Source of the DNA: Anaerolineales bacterium
GTDB taxonomy: Bacteria; Chloroflexota; Anaerolineae; Anaerolineales; UBA4823
Direction of reading: 5' to 3'
DNA: 38,970 nt
Assembly (NCBI GenBank): GCA_041556275.1
Contig: JBFFIU010000003.1
Span: 1-38,970 of the forward strand
A program made the translations under genes and the position numbers. Numbering within the stretch: position 1 is the stretch's first letter; each line of letters begins with the position of its first letter. The notes beneath the pieces are model-generated. The model was given only the letters and a program-made list of their open reading frames with translations, did not search any database and was not told where the DNA came from. Below are positions 17,949 through 28,363 of the stretch, in pieces.

Positions 17949-19475
17949 ATGTCCGATAATCAGATTTATCTTCACATGCAGGGTATCAGCAAATCCTTCC
18001 CTGGGGTGCAGGCTCTGAATTCAGTCGATTTTTCAGTCTCTGAGGGGGAGATTCATGCCTTGGTGGGAGAGAATGGTGCTGGAAAGAGCACCTTGATGAA
18101 AATCCTCACCGGCGCTTTGCTTTGCGATCAAGGTCAGATAAGTCTCAAAGATCAAATCGTTGAGATCGAGGATCCAGGTGATGCTCAGGCGCTCGGCATC
18201 AGCATGATCCACCAGGAATTATCCCTCATCCCTTATCTTACCGTGGGGCAGAATATCTATCTTGGCCGTGAGCCACGCGCCCGCCTGGGTGCATTCATCG
18301 ATTGGCCCGAGTTGTATGACCAAACGCAGGTTTTACTTGATCGCTTGCAGGTCAAAGTGGATTCCCGGGCTAGCGTCCAGGATCTAAGCATCGCCCAGCG
18401 CCAGATGGTTGAGGTTGCCAAAGCACTCTCATTCAACGCCAATTTGATCGCTATGGACGAACCCACTTCCTCACTCACCGACCGTGAGACTGAGATCTTG
18501 TTCCAGGTCATGCGCTCTTTCAGAGACCAGGGTATCTCCATCATCTTCATCTCTCATCGCTTGGAGGAGGTCTTTGAGATCGCCGATCGTGTCACTGTGC
18601 TCCGTGATGGGGAAACCATTGGTACCGCACCGGTAGCTGACTTGGATGTTGATCAGGTGGTCAGGATGATGGTCGGGCGGGATTTAGGAGAACTCTATCC
18701 CAAGGAAGAAGTTGAACAGGGGGAAGTCGTCCTTGAAGCTGTAAATTTGGAGGATGGTCGTGAGCTGCATTCGGTCAGCATCACCCTTAAAGCTGGCGAG
18801 ATACTTGGCATTGCTGGACTAGCCGGAGCAGGTCGCACAGGATTGGCTGAGACTCTTTTCGGTGTCCGTCCAGCCAGTAAAGGACAGATAAAGATTGGTG
18901 GAAGGAATGTGCCTGTCAAAAACCCAGGTAAGGCGATTCAGCTCGGAATGGGTTTTGTTCCCGAAGATCGCAAATTGCAGGGGTTATTCCTCAACATGGC
19001 CGTACGTGAAAATGTGGTTATCAGTTCCTTATCCGAGGTGAGTCGCTTCTCTTTCGTAAATTTCCCACAAGCGGACAAATTAGCTAGGGAATTTATTGAG
19101 AAGCTAAAAATCCGCACGCCCAGTGTGAAGCAGCTCGTGCGAAACCTATCTGGTGGCAACCAGCAAAAAGTGATCATCGCCCGCTGGTTGACACTAAATC
19201 CTCGTATCCTGATCCTGGATGAGCCAACTCGAGGGATTGATGTTGCCACGAAAGCAGAGATCCATGCGCTCATGAACCAGCTTGCATTGGATGGCGTGGC
19301 GGTAATGGTGGTATCGTCTGATTTGCCGGAAGTCTTGGGCGTCAGTGATCGCATCCTGGTCATGCGCGCCGGACGTGTTGTGGCAGAATTTACTCGCCAG
19401 GAAGCAACCCAGGACGATATCATGCACGCCGCTACCGGTGGAAAGGAAAACAATGCGCAGCAGCGCGCTCAGTAA
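17949..19475 (+). CDS. rbsA: Ribose ABC transporter ATP-binding protein (two ABC domains)
   Basis: GENGAGKS, MDEPT, LSGGNQQKV, LDEPTRGID; ATG 17949 preferred because 17898 lies inside the hairpin. Confidence 0.93.
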   Translation: MSDNQIYLHMQGISKSFPGVQALNSVDFSVSEGEIHALVGENGAGKSTLMKILTGALLCDQGQISLKDQIVEIEDPGDAQALGISMIHQELSLIPYLTVGQNIYLGREPRARLGAFIDWPELYDQTQVLLDRLQVKVDSRASVQDLSIAQRQMVEVAKALSFNANLIAMDEPTSSLTDRETEILFQVMRSFRDQGISIIFISHRLEEVFEIADRVTVLRDGETIGTAPVADLDVDQVVRMMVGRDLGELYPKEEVEQGEVVLEAVNLEDGRELHSVSITLKAGEILGIAGLAGAGRTGLAETLFGVRPASKGQIKIGGRNVPVKNPGKAIQLGMGFVPEDRKLQGLFLNMAVRENVVISSLSEVSRFSFVNFPQADKLAREFIEKLKIRTPSVKQLVRNLSGGNQQKVIIARWLTLNPRILILDEPTRGIDVATKAEIHALMNQLALDGVAVMVVSSDLPEVLGVSDRILVMRAGRVVAEFTRQEATQDDIMHAATGGKENNAQQRAQ

Positions 19476-20406
19476 ACCCGCAGAATCTCTGCGCCGGATA
19501 AGCGTACTTGGCATCCTGCTCTTGATTTGCGTCGTTTTCGCTCTTGGTTCCAGCGAATTCCTGACCACGTCCAATTTGCTCAATGTCGCATTGCAAACGT
19601 CGATCATTGCCATAGTCGCCATCGGGATGAGCTTCGTGATCTTCACCGCAGGCATCGATCTCTCAGTGGGTTCAATGATGGCTTTGGCTGGGGCAATCGC
19701 GGCAGGTATGGCTGTCAGGCAGGGTTTTGATACCTATGTTAGCATCACCATCGGACTCGGGATCGGATTGATCCTTGGTGCTGTAAATGGTCTGATGATC
19801 GTGAAAGGTGGTATTCCACCCTTTGTAGCAACCTTATCAATGCTGGCCATTGCACGCGGATTAACCCTGGTCTATACGGATGGTCGACCGATTGCCGGAT
19901 TGGATGAGCAATTCATTTTTTGGGGCACAGGTCAGGTATGGGGGATTCCATTGCCGGTGATCATCATGGCAGTTATTGCTGTCGTCGCTCATATCATCAC
20001 GCGCTACACACCATTTGGTCTGCATGTTTACTCTACAGGGGGCAACGAGGAGACTACTCGTCTGGCAGGGGTCTCCCCCGATCGGATCAAACTTGCTGTA
20101 TATATGATCAGCGGATTCCTGGCTGCATTGGGCGGTATTCTGCTCACCGCCCGTCTCTGGTCTGCCCAACCGAACGCAGCTGTGGGCTGGGAGCTGGATG
20201 CCATCGCAGCTCCTGTATTAGGTGGCACCAGTCTGTTTGGGGGGGTTGGCAGTATCGGCGGAACCGTAATTGGGGCATTCATTATCGGTGTGCTATCTAA
20301 TGGGCTGAACCTGATGGGTGTGCCTTCCTATTACCAGCAAGTCATCAAGGGGTTGGTATTTATCCTGGCGGTCACCGTCGACCTGATCAACAAGCGTAGG
20401 CGATAA
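19453..20406 (+). CDS. rbsC: Second ribose ABC permease
   Basis: GMSFVIFTAGIDLSVG, PPFVATL, ELDAIAAPVLGGTSLFGG; AAAGGA SD before ATG 19453. Confidence 0.88.
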   Translation: MRSSALSKPAESLRRISVLGILLLICVVFALGSSEFLTTSNLLNVALQTSIIAIVAIGMSFVIFTAGIDLSVGSMMALAGAIAAGMAVRQGFDTYVSITIGLGIGLILGAVNGLMIVKGGIPPFVATLSMLAIARGLTLVYTDGRPIAGLDEQFIFWGTGQVWGIPLPVIIMAVIAVVAHIITRYTPFGLHVYSTGGNEETTRLAGVSPDRIKLAVYMISGFLAALGGILLTARLWSAQPNAAVGWELDAIAAPVLGGTSLFGGVGSIGGTVIGAFIIGVLSNGLNLMGVPSYYQQVIKGLVFILAVTVDLINKRRR

Positions 20407-20408
20407 AT

Positions 20409-20525
20409 GGGGAGTTATTCACACAGAATACCCCGTAGATTGCTACGTGGGTTCCGAGCATTACCAAAATCTGTACCCATAGGGACAATAATCCGAAATA
20501 CTCCGTCTGCTTGCGGCGGAGACAG
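20409..20525. repeat. Cluster of REP-like short palindromes
   Basis: AATACCCCGTAGATTGCTACGTGG (20427) and AATACTCCGTCTGCTTGCGGCGGAG (20497) share AATACYCCGT plus a hairpin; TGTACCCATAGGGACA lies between them. Confidence 0.5.
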
Positions 20526-20629
20526 GAATTTTGAAGATTTTGCCGTTTTATTTTCTGTGAAATTTTATAAATGATCCTGCTTGAATAGGGGTGATATACT
20601 CAGATAACTTCCTTCTATGGAACGAGAAA

Positions 20630-22105
20630 ATGAATGTAAAGAATCGGCGCTATCCTTCTCTATACCAGATCAATACCCGCGTCTGGTTGCAATCCTTGTC
20701 CATACAAGCTGGTCAACAGATCACTCTTAGTGAGGTTCCAGATGAAGAGCTCGATCACCTTGCCAGCCTGGATTTTGAGTGGGTTTGGTTGATGGGTGTA
20801 TGGCGTACTGGGGATATTGGGCGGCAAATCGCGTGCGAACTTCCTGAATTACGCCAGGAATACTTAACAATTCTTCCGGATATAAAAGAAGATGATATCT
20901 GCAGCTCACCTTTCGCCATTACTGCATACTCAGTGAGTCCAGATTTGGGGGGTGATCATGGTCTAGCTATCCTGCGCGAAAGGCTTCAGGCACGCGGATT
21001 AAGGTTGCTACTCGATTTTATTCCCAACCATACTGCGCGCGATCACCCATGGCTCACATTGCATCCAAATTACTATGTTCAGGGAAGCATAGACCAGCTA
21101 ATAAGCGAGCCGTTTAACTTTGATCGCGCTCCTCAAGGAGATAAAATTTTCGCTTTTGGTCGTGATCCATACTTTCCAGGATGGACTGATACTTTCCAGT
21201 TGAACTATGGCAATCCCCAACTGCAAACTGCCATGCGAGAAGAGCTATCAAAAGTTGCCACTTTATGCGATGGTGTGCGCTGTGATATGGCCATGTTGAT
21301 CCTGCCAGAGGTCTTTAAAGACACATGGGGGATTGAAATGCAGCCATTTTGGCCAGAGACTATTCAGAGCATACGTGCTAGATGGCCAGAATTCACTTTC
21401 ATCGCTGAAGTCTATTGGGATTTGGAGTGGACACTCCAAGAGCAGGGCTTCAATTACACGTATGACAAACGTCTTTATGACCGTTTGCTTCATCAAGAAG
21501 CCCGACCGGTGCGCGAACATCTCATGGCCAGTTTGGATTTCCAACAGAGAGCAGCCCGCTTTTTGGAAAACCACGATGAACCTCGAGCAGCGGCGTCATT
21601 TCCTCTCCAGGTGCATCGAGCTGCTGCACTAATTACTTATTTGACGCCGGGATTGAAATTTTTTCACCAGGGACAGCTAATGGGGTACAAGAAACGAATC
21701 CCCGTGCAGCTTTGCCGAGCACCAAAAGCACTCCAGGATCATCAAATAACGGCGTTTTATGTTCAATTACTTGAATTCCTACAGTTGTCCATTTTGCAGA
21801 TGGGAAGCTGGCAGCTACTCGAATGTCTCCCGGCCTGGCAAAGCAATTGGACCTGGGATAACTTTGTGGCTTTCTCCTGGCACGACGATGACGAGTGTTT
21901 ACTGGTCGTAATTAACTATTCTCCTCATCCTAGCCAGTGTTATGTGCGCTTACCTTGGGGTGATCTGGCAGATAAACAAGTCCAATTCTTGGATAAGTTG
22001 AGTGAAGCTGAATATGTCCGCAGCGGTGATGATTTAGAACAAATTGGTCTTTACCTGGATATGTCAGCCTGGAATGCGCATATCTTCGAGGTTAGTAAGG
22101 TATGA
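20630..22105 (+). CDS. Alpha-amylase family glycoside hydrolase (GH13)
   Basis: LDFIPNH, DGVRCDMA (nucleophile), FIAEVYW (acid/base), FLENHDE. Confidence 0.92.
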   Translation: MNVKNRRYPSLYQINTRVWLQSLSIQAGQQITLSEVPDEELDHLASLDFEWVWLMGVWRTGDIGRQIACELPELRQEYLTILPDIKEDDICSSPFAITAYSVSPDLGGDHGLAILRERLQARGLRLLLDFIPNHTARDHPWLTLHPNYYVQGSIDQLISEPFNFDRAPQGDKIFAFGRDPYFPGWTDTFQLNYGNPQLQTAMREELSKVATLCDGVRCDMAMLILPEVFKDTWGIEMQPFWPETIQSIRARWPEFTFIAEVYWDLEWTLQEQGFNYTYDKRLYDRLLHQEARPVREHLMASLDFQQRAARFLENHDEPRAAASFPLQVHRAAALITYLTPGLKFFHQGQLMGYKKRIPVQLCRAPKALQDHQITAFYVQLLEFLQLSILQMGSWQLLECLPAWQSNWTWDNFVAFSWHDDDECLLVVINYSPHPSQCYVRLPWGDLADKQVQFLDKLSEAEYVRSGDDLEQIGLYLDMSAWNAHIFEVSKV

Positions 22106-22326
22106 GCTCCGCTAACAGTAGCATCAAAATCGCTTATATCGTCAGTTCGATGATTTAAATAATATCCCTAGAATTGAAGTGATGAGGTGGCAGCTTGATC
22201 GTAAGCGCACCCAACTTGATCCCACGGAGTCAGATATAGAAGTGGTGAAAACGGAAGAGAGCCGGATAAGAAAAAACATGAAAATTTAATATCAGCAATT
22301 TGAATCTGGGTAATCCTAAGAATACC

Positions 22327-22364
22327 AAAAGTGCTTTGAGCAAATCTAAAACTCAAAGCACTTT
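22327..22364. terminator. Intrinsic terminator for the convergent CmpX-like/GH13 genes
   Basis: AAAGTGCTTTGAG/CTCAAAGCACTTT 13-bp stem. Confidence 0.8.
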
Positions 22365-22392
22365 CACTATGAAGAATTATCTGAAGTTCAGA

Positions 22393-23886
22393 TCAATCTT
22401 CACCTTCTGGTGTACGCATCTTGGTCAAGAAGCTGTCCAACTCGCGTTCGGCGATCCTTTGTGTTCCTAAACCGAAGGCCAGTGCGACGGCCAGACCAAT
22501 GGCTGCGAGTAATATGCCGAAAGCCAGGTTGACGATCTCATTCGCTACACCGATTTCGCGGAGAGCGATTGCGGCTGCAAAAATGACGATCGCGATTTGT
22601 GCCATTCTGCCGATGAAATTCGCCTGGTTTATCCCAGCTTTCATGACTGCATTGTAAGCCAGGTTGGCAAAATACAAACCTATGCCGAAGATCACTATCG
22701 CTAACACGACTTTCCAGAAGAAGGCGATGAACACATTCATGATCTCGGTTAGGGCATCCGAGCCCAATAACTCGGTCGCAGATACAACTGCGAACAGCAT
22801 TATCGCGACTAGGATCAGGTATCCAACCCATTGGGAGAGAGTCGTTGTTCCACTCCAGGTGATGCCAAGTTTTTCTGGCACAGTGTCGAGTCCGAGTCCA
22901 GATAACAAGTCAGTCACCAGATTTGCGACCAGACGGGCGATGTAGTAGGCGATGACTAAAACCAGTGCGGCACCGATCAGGTTAGGAATAACATTGATGA
23001 TGGTGCTCAACATCTGGGTGGTTGGGACGGTGATGGCCGCGATAGCAAGCGCATCCAGAGCTGCGATAAAAGCAACCAGGAAGATGAAGATATAAAGGAT
23101 CAAACCAACGATCTCTGACAAAGAACGTTCTTCAGAGAGACCAACTCGTTGCCCTGCCGTATCTGTTCCAATCGCCTTCAGCAGGTTTTCTACGACCTGG
23201 CGAACCACCCGTGCGATGAACCAACCGACGAGAAGGATGAGTCCCGCGCCGAGTATGTTGGGTATATAGGCGAAGATGTCATTAAAGACAGTTTGGATGG
23301 GAATTGCAATTGCATCAATTCCGAGGGCGGCTAATACAGATGGCAAGAAGAGAAGCAATGTGAACCAATACACCGCTGTTGCAAGGGATTCGGTAAAGGT
23401 CACCTGTTCTTCCTCTTTGAGTGCAGCATAATTGCTCAATCGCTCATCAACCTTAAGAAGCGAGCCTCCTTTTCGTACTAAAAATCGGAGTGCTGTAGCA
23501 ACTAACCAAGCTATAAAAAGAAGAACGCCAGCACCAATGAGTCTGGGAAGGAATTCTGCTGTCAGCCGTTGAAGAAATAGAGATAGTGGTTCGGCTATCC
23601 CGGTTAGATTCAATCGATCGAAAAATGCTACCAGGACGAAAAGCATAGCCAACCAGAAGACAACACTGCCGATAATACTCTCAACATTGAATTGTCTGGG
23701 TTCATCGGGTTCGCTTAGGGAATCAGCTAATCGATTGTCGAGATCAGTGCGATTGAGTAGTCGCCTGGTGATACTGCCAAGGATACGTGCGACAATATAT
23801 CCGATGATCAAGATCAGCAAGGCGATAAGCAAATTGCCGATGCTGATCCCAAGTGGTCCAAAGAAATCTTGTAATGCTTGAATCAT
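22393..23886 (-). CDS. CmpX-like / mechanosensitive-channel TM-helix repeat membrane protein
   Basis: Repeated units such as PNILGAGLILLVGWFIAR; C-terminal EIVNLAFGILLAAIGLAVALAFGLG; AGGAGG SD. Confidence 0.85.
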   Translation of the reverse strand: MIQALQDFFGPLGISIGNLLIALLILIIGYIVARILGSITRRLLNRTDLDNRLADSLSEPDEPRQFNVESIIGSVVFWLAMLFVLVAFFDRLNLTGIAEPLSLFLQRLTAEFLPRLIGAGVLLFIAWLVATALRFLVRKGGSLLKVDERLSNYAALKEEEQVTFTESLATAVYWFTLLLFLPSVLAALGIDAIAIPIQTVFNDIFAYIPNILGAGLILLVGWFIARVVRQVVENLLKAIGTDTAGQRVGLSEERSLSEIVGLILYIFIFLVAFIAALDALAIAAITVPTTQMLSTIINVIPNLIGAALVLVIAYYIARLVANLVTDLLSGLGLDTVPEKLGITWSGTTTLSQWVGYLILVAIMLFAVVSATELLGSDALTEIMNVFIAFFWKVVLAIVIFGIGLYFANLAYNAVMKAGINQANFIGRMAQIAIVIFAAAIALREIGVANEIVNLAFGILLAAIGLAVALAFGLGTQRIAERELDSFLTKMRTPEGED

Positions 23887-23965
23887 TAAAATCCTCCTGC
23901 AAAAGATATTAAAATAAATTGAATTAAGTAGTGAATGATGGGTAGCTTCATATATGCATCAATTA

Positions 23966-23989
23966 TTTTCTAAATATTACCTCCTTCCA
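23966..23989 (-). promoter_or_regulatory. Orphan extended SD element (STAB-SD-like) in the CmpX-like gene 5' UTR
   Basis: Minus strand reads TGGAAGGAGGTAA-TATT-TAGAAAA, 90 nt before the start codon, with no canonical start at SD distance. Confidence 0.5.
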
Positions 23990-24385
23990 ATGTCCAAAGG
24001 TATCATTTGATCTTTTCCGAAAAATTGAACTCACAATTATCTAACGAAGAAAACCGTGATTGAGCAATAAATGAGAAAAATCTTTCTTGTAAAAAAATTC
24101 AATCCATTCGGCTAAATATGAACTTCGAGATGATACGATTGACTCTTTGAATTATTGAATTCCTATTTCTCGTAAATACGAGTACACATATTTTACAAGA
24201 TATTTTGAATTTTGTTAATCAAATATTAGAATTGGCATGCATTATTCAACTCACATCAGATCAAACTGCGATGTTCCAAGTTTATTTGAGCATGTTCATT
24301 ACTAATCATAACAGTGATTATGATTAGCTGTCCAATAATTCCAAAATTCAGTAGAAGAAGTTATAATATCGAAAAAGGAGTGTTT

Positions 24386-24664
24386 ATGTCCGAGAAATCC
24401 ACTGATAAAGAATGCATACATCTGGATCAAATTCAGGATGTGATCCCCAGCGGGAAGGGGTGTTTGGAGTGTATAGAACTGGGAGACACCTGGGTCCATC
24501 TTCGTTTATGTTTGATATGCGGCAATGTTGGTTGTTGTGATAATTCAAAGAACAAGCACGCCACGAAACATTTTCATTCGACAGGACATCCCATCATTAA
24601 ATCTTTCGAACCTGGTGAAGATTGGAAGTGGTGTTACGTTGATAGGAAATTTGTTAATGATTAA
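24386..24664 (+). CDS. UBP-type zinc finger protein
   Basis: GCLECIELGDTWVHLRLCLICGNVGCCDNSKNKHATKHFHSTGHP, WKWCYVD; AAGGAG SD before ATG 24386. Confidence 0.93.
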   Translation: MSEKSTDKECIHLDQIQDVIPSGKGCLECIELGDTWVHLRLCLICGNVGCCDNSKNKHATKHFHSTGHPIIKSFEPGEDWKWCYVDRKFVND

Positions 24665-24674
24665 AAATCAGTAG

Positions 24675-27600
24675 ATGGATTTTGATCAAATAGGTGGTAG
24701 TTCCTCGATACGTCGTAGCTTGGCGGGTGAGCGACGTGTCGTAACAATCCTCTTTTCTGACGTAAAAGGATCCACTGCAATGGCTGAAGGACTCGACCCT
24801 GAGGATTGGGCCGAGATAATGAATTCTGCCTTCGATTTCTTAACGACACCAATCGTTCGTTATGGCGGGACAGTTGCCAGGTTAATGGGGGATGCAGTTC
24901 TGGCATTTTTTGGGGCACCATCTGCACATGAAGATGACCCATTAAGGGCCGTCCTGGCGGGATTGGATATAGTAGATGGCATTAAATCCTTTAGGCAACA
25001 AGTTTCTGCTGAATATGATCTGGATTTCAACGTGCGGGTGGGGGTAAATACAGGAATAGTCGTAGTTGGTGAGATGGGAACAGCATTGGCTGGTGAATAT
25101 ACTGCTATGGGTGATGCTGTAAACTTAGCTGCTCGTATGGAACAGACTGCCCAACCAGGAACGATCCAAATAACAGATGAGACATATCGCCTTGTAGCGC
25201 CTTGGATCGAAGCTGAAATGCTAGGGGGGATTAATATAAAAGGAAAAAAGGAACCCATTACAACTTATCGGGTAATTGGACGGAAGGCTCAACCCAGTCG
25301 AGCACGTGGAATTGCAGGTTTAAGTTCGTCTCTTGTGGGAAGAGCTAAGGAATTCGAGAAATTAAGAACTGTACTCGAGGATTTAATGGAAGGCCATGGT
25401 CAGATTCTGGCTTTGATAGGAGAAGCTGGCCTCGGAAAAACTCGCCTGATCGAAGAGTTGCATGCAAATCTAGAGGGTAGTTCTAAATCATCGATTCAGT
25501 GGATTGAAGCGAGGGGCATATCTTATGAATCAACACGACCGTATGGTCTTTTCATACAAGCTCTGCGGCAAGTATGCAATATAAAAGAAAATGATTCTGT
25601 GGAAGTTGTGCGGAGAAAAGTGGCAGAAAGTTTCAGCAATCTGAATTTTGATCAAGAATCAGGCATTACACGAACGATTGAGCTGCTTTTGTCAATCCAC
25701 AAATCACCAGCAAGAGAAGATCTACCCCTGGAGGGAGAAGCTCTTAAGCAGGAGATCTTTGAAAGTATGCTGAATATCTGGCTTGATTTGGCGAGTCAAA
25801 ATCCATTAATCCTAGTTTTTGATGATCTGCAGTGGGCAGACCCCGCTTCGGTTGAGTTGTTGGTGCATTTATTCGAGCTTATTGACCAAGTCCCAATCCT
25901 TTTTTTATGTGCGTTTCGGCCATACCTTGCTTCGGAAGCCTGGCAAATGAAAACATCTGCTGAGACATCTTATCCTCATCATTTTGTTAAGTTTCATTTG
26001 ACACCTCTGGATGAAAATCAAAGTGGTCAGTTGGTGGATAATTTGTTGGCTATTTCTGATCTGCCACCAGAACTGCGTGTGACAATCTTACGCAAATCAG
26101 AGGGCAATCCATTTTTCCTGGAAGAGGTTGTCCGCAGCTTGATCGATAATGGTGTGATTCGAAGTGATGGAGACGGTTTGTACTTGCAAGCCAATTCGAA
26201 TTTTGAACAAATTGAGATTCCTGATAATCTGCAAACCTTATTGCTCGCCCGAATTGATGCCTTGGAAAGTGATGCTCGCCGAGCTCTCCAGCTGGCCTCA
26301 GTTATTGGGCGTTCCTTCTTGTACCGTGTTTTAAAGGCGATTGCAGATATGGTCACTGATATCGATGAACAATTGGTCATCTTACAGCAAATGGAATTGA
26401 TCATGGTGACTGCGAGCTACCCAGAAGTGGAATATATTTTTCGGAATGAGTTAACCCGTGATGCTGCGTATCAATCAATTCTGCGACGACAAAAGCGTGA
26501 ATATCACCGCAAAGTCGCAGAAGCAATTGAGACACTTTTCCCAGAAAGAACTGTTGAAGAGGCTCATCGTCTTGCATATCACTACCATGAGGCACGCGAT
26601 TTACCTCGTGCGCTCAAGTACTATCAAATCGCTGGAGACCAATCATTCAATCTCTACGCAAATCAAGAAGCAAGTGAACACTATGGAAAAGCGATCGAGA
26701 TCGCATTACGTATGAATGTGCCCAGTGTGCAATTGTCAAATCTATATACGAATCGTGGTCGGGCATTTGAATTGCTAAGCCAATTTGACAAAGCATTGGA
26801 AAATTATGAAGATTTGGAAGAGCTAGGTCATGTTCGAAATGATCGCTCGCTTGAACTGGCTGCTTTAGTGCCCCAATCTACAATTTATTCAACCCCTACG
26901 GTGAAATTCAATCCTGATGTAGGCAGTGAGTTATCTCGGCGAGCACTGGAATTGGCGATCGATCTAGGTGATTCACAAGCTGAAGCAAAGGCATTATGGA
27001 GCTTGATGTTAATCGAGACTATGTCAACCGGTGATTTGAAGAAGGCTATTTTTTATGGCGAACAAGGATTAAGGATCGCTCGAGAAAACAATTTATCAGA
27101 AGTTTACACATATATTCAACATGATATTGCCCGGCCGTATTTGCGCACTGGGCGCATAAAAGAAGCCTGGAATTCATATCAGAGTTCGCAGGAATTCTGG
27201 CGAGAGACCAATAATTTACCTATGCTGGCAGACAATTTGGCCAGCATGGCGGAGGCTTTGTATACAATTGGGCTGTTCGATCAGGCGATGGAATACGCGC
27301 AAGAGGGTCTTCAGATCAGCCGCCAGATCAACAGCGCTTGGGGTCAGGCATACAATATGATGAATATTGGTCCAATCTTGCTCGAATTGGGTGATATTGG
27401 TGGAAGCCTGGATGCGTTAGAAGAGGCATATCAACTTTCCATACAAGCCAATTTTGCTGCTGGCGTTGTAGCGAGTCAGATTATCAAAGCTTGGTTATTT
27501 GCAATGTTGGGTGATCTAAAAACTGCAAATCAGATCCAGATCGTCATTCAAGAATTTGTTGAAAAATACGAAACATTCAAACCTTTGCTTTACCTGGTAC

Positions 27601-28112
27601 AAGCACTACAAAAGCTGTATGAAGGCAACCATCAAAAGGCTTTGCAGATCCTGGAAAATGTTGATCGAGAGTATATTGCCGATAGCGAGAGAATATTCAA
27701 TCCTTATGTATTCAATTTACAAGTTGAAATTTACTTGGCTGATCAGAATTATGTAATGGCACTAGAGACAGCAAATAATTTTCTTCAGACATTGAAGAAT
27801 CAGGAAATCCAACTTATGGTGCCTGATTTGATCAACCAGAAAGCAAGAGCACTGATTGGATTGAATCGTCGGGAAGAAGCCTACCAAGAATTACTTGCAG
27901 CTCGGGATATGGCTGAGGAACAAAAATGTCGGCGAATTCTTTGGGCGATCCTCATTGATCTAGCCGAAATTGAGGTAAATGAAGCCCTAGCAGAAAGATA
28001 TAAGCAAGAAGCTATGGAGATCATTCAATTCATCAGTGACAAAATTTCAGATGAGAAACTTAGAGAATCTTTCCATGCCCTGCCAAAAGTACAAAAAGTC
28101 TGGCAACCATAG
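24675..28112 (+). CDS. Class III adenylate/guanylate cyclase - STAND (AAA) ATPase - TPR protein
   Basis: LFSDVKGST, MGDAVLAFFG, TAMGDAVNLAARM; Walker A GEAGLGKT; LVFDDLQWAD; SEGNPFFLEE; helical TPR-like C-terminus. Confidence 0.92.
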   Translation: MDFDQIGGSSSIRRSLAGERRVVTILFSDVKGSTAMAEGLDPEDWAEIMNSAFDFLTTPIVRYGGTVARLMGDAVLAFFGAPSAHEDDPLRAVLAGLDIVDGIKSFRQQVSAEYDLDFNVRVGVNTGIVVVGEMGTALAGEYTAMGDAVNLAARMEQTAQPGTIQITDETYRLVAPWIEAEMLGGINIKGKKEPITTYRVIGRKAQPSRARGIAGLSSSLVGRAKEFEKLRTVLEDLMEGHGQILALIGEAGLGKTRLIEELHANLEGSSKSSIQWIEARGISYESTRPYGLFIQALRQVCNIKENDSVEVVRRKVAESFSNLNFDQESGITRTIELLLSIHKSPAREDLPLEGEALKQEIFESMLNIWLDLASQNPLILVFDDLQWADPASVELLVHLFELIDQVPILFLCAFRPYLASEAWQMKTSAETSYPHHFVKFHLTPLDENQSGQLVDNLLAISDLPPELRVTILRKSEGNPFFLEEVVRSLIDNGVIRSDGDGLYLQANSNFEQIEIPDNLQTLLLARIDALESDARRALQLASVIGRSFLYRVLKAIADMVTDIDEQLVILQQMELIMVTASYPEVEYIFRNELTRDAAYQSILRRQKREYHRKVAEAIETLFPERTVEEAHRLAYHYHEARDLPRALKYYQIAGDQSFNLYANQEASEHYGKAIEIALRMNVPSVQLSNLYTNRGRAFELLSQFDKALENYEDLEELGHVRNDRSLELAALVPQSTIYSTPTVKFNPDVGSELSRRALELAIDLGDSQAEAKALWSLMLIETMSTGDLKKAIFYGEQGLRIARENNLSEVYTYIQHDIARPYLRTGRIKEAWNSYQSSQEFWRETNNLPMLADNLASMAEALYTIGLFDQAMEYAQEGLQISRQINSAWGQAYNMMNIGPILLELGDIGGSLDALEEAYQLSIQANFAAGVVASQIIKAWLFAMLGDLKTANQIQIVIQEFVEKYETFKPLLYLVQALQKLYEGNHQKALQILENVDREYIADSERIFNPYVFNLQVEIYLADQNYVMALETANNFLQTLKNQEIQLMVPDLINQKARALIGLNRREEAYQELLAARDMAEEQKCRRILWAILIDLAEIEVNEALAERYKQEAMEIIQFISDKISDEKLRESFHALPKVQKVWQP

Positions 28113-28363
28113 TGTATTTAGTTAATCCAAGATTATCCACTGGGGCATTGATTATTCCTTTGTAAGACCAATAATATTCGTTAGTAGACCAGGAAAAGTA
28201 ATATCTCAACCCTTCTGAGTGAATAAAAGTATAAATCAGCAGACATCATCCCTATTTTAGAATTTGATGGGTGCATTGATCGCATTTAGGTAGAACATGG
28301 GGGGATTGCTCGGTATCAAGGGAGCTGGAGATATGGAAACTTGGTTCCTGATTGCGAGGCGAA

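Noticed and set aside
22168-22356. 62-aa minus-strand ORF
   Set aside because: Starts within a terminator stem, with no SD and no recognisable motif.
24675-28112. Anti-phage STAND (Avs) or Pycsar/CBASS defence system
   Set aside because: The architecture is the common signalling cyclase-AAA-TPR type, with no adjacent effector or defence-island context.
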